The position numbers and the translations under genes are program-made. Positions 56,848 to 64,000 of a DNA stretch of 64,000 bases are shown here, one piece after another. The notes below the pieces were generated by a model. It worked only from the letters and a program-made list of their open reading frames with translations, did not search any database and was not told where the DNA came from. The first letter of the stretch is position 1, and the number at the start of each line of letters is the position of its first letter. Source of the stretch: an uncultured Gammaproteobacteria bacterium (GTDB lineage Bacteria > Patescibacteriota > Patescibacteriia > Magasanikbacterales > UBA922); NCBI GenBank assembly GCA_964612105.1, contig CAZTEU010000002.1, positions 19,697 to 83,696 on the forward strand. Direction: 5' to 3'.

Positions 56848-58152
56848 TTATTTTTCAGTCCTATTCCTACTGCGACCACTCCTATTTCTACCACCTGAAG
56901 ATCGTCTCTTATTTTTTTTAGAGGACTGCCCACCTCTTCCCCTATATCCCGATCTCTTTCTAGAATGTCTACCACCAGAAGATCTGTGTTTTTCTTCACG
57001 AGGTGGTTTTTCTCTTTCTGGAGGAAGCTCTGGGAGAGATAGTACAGGTAATGATTTTCTAATTAATCTTTCTATTTTCTTTACATCTGCCTTCTGAGAT
57101 GGGGTAACAAATGATACAGCTTTACCAGACCTACCTGCTCTTCCTGTTCTACCAATTCTGTGCACATAATCCTCAGAATTATCTGGAAGATCAAAATTAA
57201 CTACAAGTGAGATATCTTTTACATCTATTCCACGTGCTGCAATATCTGTTGCAACCATAATACGAAATTTTCTTTTCATAAATCCTTCCAAGGCTGCTTT
57301 CCTCTGTGGTTGAGAACGGTTTCCATGAATTTCTGTAGCTGTATGACCCATGTTGCGTATATCTCTTGCTATACGTTTTGCTCCATGTTTAGTACGTGAA
57401 AATATTAGTGTGGTGTCATTACGATATTTTTGTAGTAGTGAATCCAGCAAACGCATTTTGTCATTTTTTCTTACAACAAATATTTCCTGCACTACATTTT
57501 CTGCTGATGTTCCTTGTGGTGCAATCTCTATTCGTAATGGCATTTTCATGAAAGCGCTTGCAAGTGCAGAAATAGATTTGGGCATTGTGGCAGAGAACAA
57601 CATTGTTTGTCTCTCTTTTGGTAAGGCTTTTAGTATACGCTTAATCTCTGGCAAGAAGCCAACATCCAGCATACGGTCTGCCTCATCCAGAGTAATTATG
57701 CTTACACGGCTTAGTTTATACATTCCTTGCTTCATTAGATCTGCTAATCTTCCAGGAGTCGCAATAACTATGTGTGGATTATTTCTCAGTGCTTTTACCT
57801 GCGCATGCTGAGACACACCTCCAATAATTACAGCTGTACGCATTCCAAGGGGAGATCCTATTTGTCTGAGAGCACTCTCAACCTGTAAAGCAAGTTCTCT
57901 GGTCGGCACAACAACAAGACCTTGTCCTTTATTCTGCGCTATACGCTGAATCATTGGAATACCAAAAGCTAAGGTCTTTCCTGTACCTGTTTGTGCAATA
58001 CCAACAACATCTTTTCCTTCTATAGCCCCAGGAATGATTTGGTGTTGGATTGGAGTAGGATTAATGAATCCTTTTTGTGAAAGAATAGCGAGAAAATTCT
58101 TTGCTATCCCGAGGTCGCTAAAGCGACTTACTGTTTGTTCTTTCTGTATCAT
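56848..58152 (-). CDS. DEAD-box ATP-dependent RNA helicase with C-terminal Arg/Gly/Ser-rich tail
   Basis: Q-motif and AQTGTGKT, DEAD, SAT, HRIGRTGRAG motifs; basic low-complexity tail of about 60 aa. Confidence 0.9.
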   Translation of the reverse strand: MIQKEQTVSRFSDLGIAKNFLAILSQKGFINPTPIQHQIIPGAIEGKDVVGIAQTGTGKTLAFGIPMIQRIAQNKGQGLVVVPTRELALQVESALRQIGSPLGMRTAVIIGGVSQHAQVKALRNNPHIVIATPGRLADLMKQGMYKLSRVSIITLDEADRMLDVGFLPEIKRILKALPKERQTMLFSATMPKSISALASAFMKMPLRIEIAPQGTSAENVVQEIFVVRKNDKMRLLDSLLQKYRNDTTLIFSRTKHGAKRIARDIRNMGHTATEIHGNRSQPQRKAALEGFMKRKFRIMVATDIAARGIDVKDISLVVNFDLPDNSEDYVHRIGRTGRAGRSGKAVSFVTPSQKADVKKIERLIRKSLPVLSLPELPPEREKPPREEKHRSSGGRHSRKRSGYRGRGGQSSKKNKRRSSGGRNRSGRSRNRTEK

Positions 58153-58294
58153 ATATTATGTCTGACCCGATGTTCTTAATAGTAATATATTGATACGAAA
58201 AAGATTCGAGTCGCTTGACGAGGTTCATCAAGCATTAATGAATAAGGCAGTATACCACAACAATCATAGTCTGTCAAGGTGTTATCAAACACAA

Positions 58295-58323
58295 CAAAAA
58301 ACTCCCACCAAATTGATGGGAGT
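58295..58323 (-). terminator. rho-independent terminator of cspA
   Basis: Minus-strand CTCCCA-tcaatt-TGGGAG followed by TTTTTT. Confidence 0.6.
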
Positions 58324-58338
58324 CCTTTATTTAAGCTA

Positions 58339-58539
58339 TTACGCTTTCTTAACCTGTGAAGCTGCTGGTCCTTTTTGACCTTCAGTTACTTCAAAGGTTA
58401 CTTCATCACCTTCACGCAAGTCGTTGTATTCAACATCGACAAGCTCACTTGAGTGGAAAAAGAGATCTTTTTCAGCACCCTCGTAGGTAATGAAACCGAA
58501 GCCACGGTCTGTAAGACGCGCGATCTTTCCTGTTTGCAT
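58339..58539 (-). CDS. cspA: cold-shock protein (CspA family)
   Basis: Start at MQTGKIARLTDRGFGFI, 67 aa. RNP1-like GFGFI and RNP2-like FFHSSE motifs. Confidence 0.85.
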   Translation of the reverse strand: MQTGKIARLTDRGFGFITYEGAEKDLFFHSSELVDVEYNDLREGDEVTFEVTEGQKGPAASQVKKA

Positions 58540-58636
58540 AGATTCTAAAGAAACTAATGAATAATGTCCCAAATCTTACTACTATAGTACAAAACTCGAC
58601 TTAGTTTCTCTTACAGTGTTTGATCTGTTACGCAAT

Positions 58637-58665
58637 ACTATAGCAGAATAAGCCAAATTTGTCAA
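58637..58665 (-). promoter_or_regulatory. sigma70-type promoter TTGACA-N17-TATAGT of cspA with about 95-nt 5' UTR
   Basis: Minus-strand TTGACA (58665-58660) and TATAGT (58642-58637); a long leader is typical of csp genes. Confidence 0.45.
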
Positions 58666-58816
58666 GTGCTAGTATAAGTCTCTTTTATAAACCATATATG
58701 CCTTACAAAAGAGAGTGGTGGTGCGTTCACACGAGGTGAATACATCTCCCACTCTTTGGTTTTAATTTGTATACAAAAGCCATATCATGAAAAAACGTAT
58801 TGTTAAGCGACTTTTG

Positions 58817-58890
58817 CTCCCCCGGTAGGACTCGAACCTACAAGCATCCACGTTAACAGCGTGGCGTTCTACCAATTGAACTACAGGGGA
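58817..58890 (-). tRNA. tRNA-Asn (anticodon GTT)
   Basis: Reverse complement folds as acceptor TCCCCTG/CGGGGGA, anticodon stem CCACG/CGTGG with loop CTGTTAA, and T-arm TGTAG-GTTCGAGT-CCTAC. Confidence 0.8.
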
Positions 58891-58903
58891 ATAAGGAAAT
58901 GAA

Positions 58904-58926
58904 ACAAAAAATCCCGCTCTCGCGGG
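58904..58926 (-). terminator. hairpin plus T-tract upstream of tRNA-Asn (minus strand)
   Basis: CCCGC-gaga-GCGGG followed by ATTTTTTG on the minus strand. Confidence 0.4.
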
Positions 58927-59088
58927 CTTGTCTATATAACAATAAATACCCGCGCTAGAGCGAATTATTATTATTGTTATTTACACGTTTCATTTTCATA
59001 CAAGTATTATAGCAGAAAACTGGAGTTTTGTCAAATTACCTCATGGTTTAAAAACCTTCTTCCTATGATTGACCATCCTAAAGAAATT

Positions 59089-59102
59089 TGCTAAGCTTAG
59101 CA
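59089..59102. promoter_or_regulatory. perfect 14-bp palindrome TGCTAAGCTTAGCA (operator-like) upstream of cassette-3 gene
   Basis: Exact self-complementary 14-mer 38 nt upstream of the ATG, between a TTGACC -35-like hexamer and the AGGAGG Shine-Dalgarno. Confidence 0.4.
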
Positions 59103-59139
59103 TAATCAACCTACTTCGGACGGTTGAAAGGAGGAACGA

Positions 59140-59664
59140 ATGACAAATACAGCAACACCCAAAGGTCTGCGACTTGTCCGGCCATGGGATCAAAGGCTTT
59201 GGAACATAGAGCTCGGGTTCGATCAGCCCACGCCTGCACCTACGCTTGGCGAATGCATGTATCGTGAAGTGTTCGAAGCTCTGGTCAGAGGCCTTCGTGC
59301 ACGAAGAGAGGTGTCGCCAGCTTCCACAGTATGGATGACACGAGAGCTGGTCTACAGCAATCATCCACTCAACGGAAAGATCGCAGTCGCACATGACAAA
59401 GCGGTTACGTTTGAGCCACCGCAAAACCAAGACGGAAGCAAGGTTTGGACAGTCATCTTCTTCATCGACCCAATGCCGTTTGCTCTGTGGTCACACACGG
59501 CATATTACGCCGTGGTCACATTCAGTCGCAACGCACAACTGGTCACTCTCGAGAAGCGATGCATGCCACCAGCAGGTGCCACCACATCCGGACACAAACC
59601 TCTGTGGATTGACGTATCAAGACGCTTCCGAGGAGTGTTCCTTTCCGTGCGGACAAGAAGCTGA
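59140..59664 (+). CDS. hypothetical protein in GC-rich cassette 3 (174 aa)
   Basis: AGGAGG Shine-Dalgarno 6 nt upstream; about 54% GC against a host GC of about 35%; varied composition (MTNTATPKGLRLVRPWDQRLWNIELGFD...). Confidence 0.55.
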   Translation: MTNTATPKGLRLVRPWDQRLWNIELGFDQPTPAPTLGECMYREVFEALVRGLRARREVSPASTVWMTRELVYSNHPLNGKIAVAHDKAVTFEPPQNQDGSKVWTVIFFIDPMPFALWSHTAYYAVVTFSRNAQLVTLEKRCMPPAGATTSGHKPLWIDVSRRFRGVFLSVRTRS

Positions 59665-59688
59665 ACTCACGGTTCACTGTTATTCAAA

Positions 59689-59733
59689 AGCCCCCAAGGC
59701 CGACTTCGGTCCTGGGGGTTAATTGTTTTTAGT
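59689..59733. terminator. bidirectional GC-rich hairpin terminator ending cassette 3
   Basis: GCCCCCAAGGCCGA-cttc-GGTCCTGGGGG, then TTAATTGTTTTT on the plus strand and CTTTTG on the minus strand. Confidence 0.55.
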
Positions 59734-59743
59734 AATAGCTTGG

Positions 59744-59908
59744 TTACTTTTTTTTATTCTTATCCGGTTTTATACCATACTGCTTCATTGCATCTTCCTG
59801 CGCTTTCTTCGCCATTGCCTCCCCCTTCTTTTCTGCTCTTTTTGTCATTACAAAACCAATTACCCAATTAATTACTCTTCTTATTATGTATTGTGGTGAT
59901 GTGTTCAT
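59744..59908 (-). CDS. possible small membrane protein (54 aa) downstream of trpS; below the ORF-track length cutoff
   Basis: Reverse-strand ORF MNTSPQYIIRRVINWVIGFVMTKRAEKKGEAMAKKAQEDAMKQYGIKPDKNKKK starting 5 nt after the trpS stop and ending at the bidirectional terminator. Confidence 0.3.
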   Translation of the reverse strand: MNTSPQYIIRRVINWVIGFVMTKRAEKKGEAMAKKAQEDAMKQYGIKPDKNKKK

Positions 59909-59912
59909 ATAA

Positions 59913-60896
59913 TTATACTATTCCTATAATATCAGTCACGTCTTCCATGGTAGCTTCTGCAACTTCTGTCGCCTTATCTGCTCCGTCTATTAGAATCTCA
60001 GCTATAGCATCATGGTTTTTAAGCAGTGCTTTTCTTGTTTTCCTAAAATCTGCAAAATAATCTCCTATAGCTACCCCCACTTCTTTTTTTAGGTCGCCAT
60101 AACGTATGTCTCCTTTCTTTTCTGCAGATACAAATTTCTTGTGGGTTTTAGGGTCTCCAAAATGTTCTAATAATGCTAGTAGGTTTGTAACTCCAGGCGC
60201 TTTCTTTCCTCCAGAAGTTGCTGTTACAGCTTTTTTGAGTTTGGATTCTATTACTTTTGGCTCATCTGCCAATTCTATGACATGCCCAAGTCCTAAACTT
60301 TTGCTCATCTTCTTTTCTGGAGCTAATAGACTCTTAACACGTGGTGTTTTTGTAAGAACAGGCTTAGCTTCTGGGAAATATTTTTTGTACTTATTATTAA
60401 ACCAGCGTGCAATGTTGCGAGTTAACTCAACATGCTGTACCTGATCCTCTCCAACAGGCACATGTGTTCCTTTATACAATAATATATCTGCAGACTGCAG
60501 GACTGGGTATGTAAACAAGCCGGTGTTTATATTCTTCTTTTGTTCTGCACTCTTTTCCTTAAACTGAGTCATACGAGAAAGTTCTGCAACTGGAGTAACG
60601 GTACTAAAAATCCAAGATAGCTCTGTGCAAGCAGGTACGTGTGATTGTACCCATAGAGTTGTTCTTTTTGGGTCTATTCCAGAAGCAATAAGCTCTGCAA
60701 CTGTGCGAGTAATTTGCTCTCTTCTCTCTTTTGCTGTCATTTCACCAGTCAAAGAGTGTAGGTCTGCTATAAAAATATACATCTCGTATTGGTTAGAGTT
60801 TTGTAACTCCACCCAATTTTTTACAGCTCCTAAATAATTACCAACATGTAAGTTGCCTGTTGGTTGAATCCCCGAAACAATAATTTTTTTTGCCAT
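59913..60896 (-). CDS. trpS: tryptophanyl-tRNA synthetase
   Basis: 327 aa; GIQPTGNLHVGNYLG (HIGH-class motif) and KMSKS. Confidence 0.9.
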   Translation of the reverse strand: MAKKIIVSGIQPTGNLHVGNYLGAVKNWVELQNSNQYEMYIFIADLHSLTGEMTAKERREQITRTVAELIASGIDPKRTTLWVQSHVPACTELSWIFSTVTPVAELSRMTQFKEKSAEQKKNINTGLFTYPVLQSADILLYKGTHVPVGEDQVQHVELTRNIARWFNNKYKKYFPEAKPVLTKTPRVKSLLAPEKKMSKSLGLGHVIELADEPKVIESKLKKAVTATSGGKKAPGVTNLLALLEHFGDPKTHKKFVSAEKKGDIRYGDLKKEVGVAIGDYFADFRKTRKALLKNHDAIAEILIDGADKATEVAEATMEDVTDIIGIV

Positions 60897-60906
60897 ATAA
60901 AATAAA

Positions 60907-60941
60907 ATACAGTATGCATAGCATACCGTATTTTTGTAATT
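60907..60941. terminator. bidirectional hairpin terminator after pspC
   Basis: ATACAGTATGC-ata-GCATACCGTAT (one mismatch) flanked by T-runs on both strands. Confidence 0.45.
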
Positions 60942-60952
60942 TGCTCAAGCAA

Positions 60953-61171
60953 CTATATAACTTTTCCATTAACAACATTCCTATTTCCTTTTTCTGGTAA
61001 CAACCAAGCAGCTAATATGTATACAATGAGAAGTGGAAAGACGTGTGTGATAAGAGTAAGAAGAACATACACAAGCCTAACTATATTTGGATCTTTATTA
61101 AGATACTCAGCAAGACCTCCACACACACCTGTAAGCACTCTTTGTTTTTTTGATCTGTATAGTTTTTTCAT
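60953..61171 (-). CDS. PspC-domain membrane protein
   Basis: 72 aa; VLTGVCGGLAEYLNKDPNIVRLVYVLLTL followed by a TM helix. Confidence 0.75.
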   Translation of the reverse strand: MKKLYRSKKQRVLTGVCGGLAEYLNKDPNIVRLVYVLLTLITHVFPLLIVYILAAWLLPEKGNRNVVNGKVI

Positions 61172-61183
61172 ATATTGATTATA

Positions 61184-63112
61184 TTACACTTCTATTACAA
61201 CTGGCAACACCATAGGTCTTTTTTGTGTCTTTGTGAATATAAACTGCCCTATCTTGTCACGAATATCATTTTTTACTTGATTCGTATCTGCCCAGTTCTT
61301 TGGATCTGATTCTACAACCATTTTTCTTACACGCTGTCTTATTCCTTCAATAACTTCTTTGTTATCTTTTAGGAAAACAAAACCTCTAGAAATTATGTCT
61401 GGATTCTGCGTTAGTTTGCCTGTCTTAGAACGGATAGTAGCTATAACAACAACCATTCCATCTTCTGCAAGGACTTGGCGATCCCTTAGGACAACATGCT
61501 GAGAATCACTTACACCAAGACCGTCTACAAACACATAGTCACTTGGTGCTTTTTGTTTTAATGTAGTTACTCCTTTTTTGCTCATTTCTATTACTGTTCC
61601 ATTATCTGGGACAATAATTTTATTTTCTTTAAAACCATCTTTTACAGCTAGTGTCTTTGCTTCCTTTAGAAAGAAGTGGTTAGCATAAACAGGAACGTAA
61701 TAATCTGGTCTTATTTGTTTTATTATCTCCATAATATCTGTGCGTGTAGCATGCCCAGAAATATGAACATCCATAACATCACCATGAATTACGTTGTCGC
61801 ACTGTCTATATATGTTATCTTTTAGTCTTTGAATTGTTCTTTCATTTCCAGGAATAATGGATGATGAAAATATAACAGTATCACTTTTTCTAAGTTTTAC
61901 TGTCCTGTGATTTCCACTTGCAATGCGGTTAAGGACAGCATTCTCTTCTCCCTGAGCACCTGTACACACAATAACAACCTGCTTTTCTGGGTATTTGTCT
62001 ATTTTTTGCACATCTCCGACGGTTCCCTCTGGTATTTTTACATACCCAAGTTTCTTAGCAATTTCTATGTTCATCTTCATACTATAACCATCCAGAGCAA
62101 CCTTCTTTCCAAGTTTTTTTGCAGCTTCTATTACCCACTTAACACGTTCAACCTGAGATGAGAAGGTTGCAATAATAACACGACCAGGAGCTTGTCTAAT
62201 AATGTCTTGCAGATTCTTGTACATTTCTTCGTACGTACCATGTCTTTTTTCGTTAAGAGAGCCGAGGCTTTCTAGCATAAGCATGGTGGGTTTTGTTTTT
62301 ATCTTTCTCAAATAACTATATTCCAGATGAGTCTTTCCTTTTGCGTCTCTTTCCATCGTCCAGTCTCCAGGATGGATAATAGCACCAGCTGGGGTTTCCA
62401 AAACCACACCCATTGAGTCCATTATTGAATGTTCTACTTGAAAAAAAGAAACTTTTATTTTTCCTAATGTAATCTTATCCTTAAGATTCTTTACAGTTAC
62501 TATTTTTAGTTTCTTTGCTGTACCTTTTTTATAGTCCTCTTGCTTGTGCTTAATAAGAGCTAGTGTAAGAGGTCTTGCTACAATTGTAGGATTACCTAGC
62601 TTTTCCAATACAATTGGAGCTCCGCCAATATGATCTAAATGTCCGTGAGTAAATATAACCCCTCTTATATTCTTTTCTTTTCCTTCTAGGTACTTTGTGT
62701 TTGGAATTATATAATCTATACCTGGCTGGTCTTCTTCTGGAAACTGTATTCCAACATCAATAATAACAATATCGTTTTCATATTCAAATATTGTCATGTT
62801 ACGCCCAACTTCCTCACATCCTCCAATTGGAATAATACGAAAAGTTCCTTTTGCTACTGGAGGAATCTTGTGGTTGTGCTGTATATTTCCTCCAACTTCA
62901 CGTGTGCGCACTTGAGGCCTTTGTGGCTGTCTACGTGTCTTACGTCGACCACCCTTTTTCCTATCTACCTTGTGGCGTACAGATTTTTTAGAAGTATGTT
63001 TCGCACTAGCCTGTGTTTGTGTTTGGTTCTGTTTTGTTACTTTCCGCTTTTTAGCACGTCTGGCACCACTATTTCGTCCAACATTAGGACGATTCTTACG
63101 AGTTTGTATCAT
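61184..63112 (-). CDS. rnj: ribonuclease J (metallo-beta-lactamase/beta-CASP) with about 95-aa Lys/Arg-rich N-terminal extension
   Basis: 642 aa; HGHLDHIGG zinc motif; beta-CASP region; N-terminus MIQTRKNRPNVGRNSGARRAKKRKVTKQ...RRKTRRQPQRPQ. Confidence 0.8.
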   Translation of the reverse strand: MIQTRKNRPNVGRNSGARRAKKRKVTKQNQTQTQASAKHTSKKSVRHKVDRKKGGRRKTRRQPQRPQVRTREVGGNIQHNHKIPPVAKGTFRIIPIGGCEEVGRNMTIFEYENDIVIIDVGIQFPEEDQPGIDYIIPNTKYLEGKEKNIRGVIFTHGHLDHIGGAPIVLEKLGNPTIVARPLTLALIKHKQEDYKKGTAKKLKIVTVKNLKDKITLGKIKVSFFQVEHSIMDSMGVVLETPAGAIIHPGDWTMERDAKGKTHLEYSYLRKIKTKPTMLMLESLGSLNEKRHGTYEEMYKNLQDIIRQAPGRVIIATFSSQVERVKWVIEAAKKLGKKVALDGYSMKMNIEIAKKLGYVKIPEGTVGDVQKIDKYPEKQVVIVCTGAQGEENAVLNRIASGNHRTVKLRKSDTVIFSSSIIPGNERTIQRLKDNIYRQCDNVIHGDVMDVHISGHATRTDIMEIIKQIRPDYYVPVYANHFFLKEAKTLAVKDGFKENKIIVPDNGTVIEMSKKGVTTLKQKAPSDYVFVDGLGVSDSQHVVLRDRQVLAEDGMVVVIATIRSKTGKLTQNPDIISRGFVFLKDNKEVIEGIRQRVRKMVVESDPKNWADTNQVKNDIRDKIGQFIFTKTQKRPMVLPVVIEV

Positions 63113-63216
63113 AAAAATACATTGATTAATTAAGTTGTAAATGATAGTTGCGCTATTCCTAATTATTTTTAGGATTTTGCATGGAAGATTACTTCATTTA
63201 CTTATTTGAATGAATT

Positions 63217-63246
63217 TTAGTGCACCAATAGTGGGATTCGAACCAC
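63217..63246 (-). pseudogene. tRNA-like 3' fragment (T-loop GGTTCGAATCC) without a foldable full cloverleaf
   Basis: The minus strand reads GTGTGGTTCGAATCCCACTATTGGTGCA. The T-loop is consensus, but neither a T-stem nor an acceptor partner could be found upstream. Confidence 0.3.
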
Positions 63247-63301
63247 ACATTTTGCTATTTTCGTATATAACAATTTCACCAGATTGGCTTACGTGGAAAA
63301 A

Positions 63302-64000
63302 TTATCTCCACTTCTTTTTTGTTTTTATGTACCAATGTGTAACATCTGCAAATCTATCGCTCGGAGCAAAGATCTTTTCAACCTCCATACCTTTGATACT
63401 ATCCAACACTGCATACGTGTATATTGGAGTATAAAGGAAAATTGCAGGCTTATCTTCTAATATGGTATCTTGGAATTTTTTGTATAACTTATCCAACTCT
63501 TCTTCATCACTCGTCTCTCTTACTTTTTCTAGTATATCATCTAACTTGCGGTTTACATACCTAGATAGGTTCAATCCAGGGAAGTCTATTTGTGTTGAGT
63601 GCCAGAACGGATACTGGTCTGGGTTTTCACCAACAATTAGACCGTATAATAATACATCGTATTTTCTAGGCTTAAGAATTTCACGAGAGATGTCTCGTGA
63701 TGGAACAAATCTAACTTCTGTCTTAACACCAATCTCTTGCCAATATCCAGCAATTAATTGGGATGCTTTTTTGTACTCTGGAGTATCACTTGTAACTAAT
63801 GTAATTGATAGAAGTTCTTCATCATCATTTTTACGATAGAAAGTTTGTGCCTCAGTTAACTCCTCTTCTAGAAGAGTACTAACATGTTTTTCCAACTCTA
63901 GCTGTTGTGTACTTGTTACACTCTCTTCTGATTCATCTACTAGCTCATCAATTATAAATGAATCTTTGTGCTCTGCCAAAAGCTCTGTCCTTCTTATTTC
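63302..64000 (-). CDS. ABC transporter substrate-binding protein, family 5 (OppA/DppA-like), C-terminal portion; N-terminus beyond window end
   Basis: C-terminal sequence ...PAIFLYTPIYTYAVLDSIKGMEV...HWYIKTKKKW is typical of SBP family 5. The reading frame is still open at 64000; the ORF-track start at 63979 is not an ATG. Confidence 0.55.
   Translation of the reverse strand, partial: EIRRTELLAEHKDSFIIDELVDESEESVTSTQQLELEKHVSTLLEEELTEAQTFYRKNDDEELLSITLVTSDTPEYKKASQLIAGYWQEIGVKTEVRFVPSRDISREILKPRKYDVLLYGLIVGENPDQYPFWHSTQIDFPGLNLSRYVNRKLDDILEKVRETSDEEELDKLYKKFQDTILEDKPAIFLYTPIYTYAVLDSIKGMEVEKIFAPSDRFADVTHWYIKTKKKWR

Noticed and set aside
59041-59722. ORFs 59041..59430 (-) and 59393..59722 (+) in cassette 3
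   Set aside because: They overlap the better-supported 59140..59664 gene, which has AGGAGG 6 nt upstream. They have no ribosome-binding site of their own and their translations are Cys/Arg-rich.
63181-63300. A full tRNA or tmRNA gene on the minus strand around the GGTTCGAATCC T-loop
   Set aside because: No 5-bp T-stem (TGTGG/CCCAC does not pair), no acceptor partner and no D or anticodon arms could be folded upstream. It is reported only as a fragment.

Overview
This is a low-GC (~35%) bacterial chromosome segment. The gene content looks like a Candidate Phyla Radiation (Patescibacteria) genome: small housekeeping genes, a giant LamG/FN3 surface protein, DUF4012- and DUF5667-like proteins, a FemAB-family protein and a eukaryote-like type II glutamine synthetase. 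This placement is an inference from gene content only. Nearly all genes are on the minus strand.

Order along the window:
- a partial ManC-like nucleotidyltransferase, a PAP2 phosphatase and a FemAB-family protein;
- a plus-strand operon with a consensus sigma70 promoter driving a small basic protein, nusB and rnc, followed by tRNA-Lys(CTT) and tRNA-Arg(TCG);
- a short GC-rich foreign cassette just past a duplicated tRNA-Arg 3' end;
- two large envelope proteins with polybasic cytoplasmic N-termini, one carrying a canonical CCHC zinc knuckle;
- a surface-glycan locus with three GT4 glycosyltransferases, a secreted HEXXHXXGXXD metalloprotease and a polyprenyl-phosphate sugar transferase;
- RNase P RNA with a TTGACA-N17-TATAGT promoter, then tRNA-Leu(GAG);
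- NAD-kinase-like protein, bactofilin, argS, tyrS, valS;
- a DHH-like protein, a GH-like protein, an MFS transporter, tsaC/yrdC and a non-frameshifted prfB;
- a 2258-aa LamG/FN3 surface protein with its own extended -10 promoter;
- groES-groEL with a variant CIRCE operator;
- an O-antigen-ligase-like protein, yidC, nusA and a methyltransferase;
- an NrdH-like glutaredoxin, ABC-2 exporter and VKOR-like thiol-disulfide cluster;
- a Cys-rich tandem-repeat secreted protein, a lipoprotein and a type II glutamine synthetase;
- a single-ORF fusion of glucose-6-phosphate dehydrogenase and 6-phosphogluconate dehydrogenase (Zwf-Gnd);
- a second GC-rich cassette, a cyclophilin lipoprotein, a DEAD-box helicase, cspA and tRNA-Asn(GTT);
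- a third GC-rich cassette, trpS, pspC, RNase J with a polybasic N-terminal extension, and a partial family-5 substrate-binding protein.

The most unusual features are the three compositionally foreign GC-rich gene cassettes of roughly 0.65 kb each (one has GC3 near 80%). Each sits in an intergenic site and has a host-type promoter, a palindromic operator-like site, a Shine-Dalgarno sequence and a GC-rich hairpin terminator. The other standout is the Zwf-Gnd fusion. No CRISPR array, rRNA or transposase was seen.
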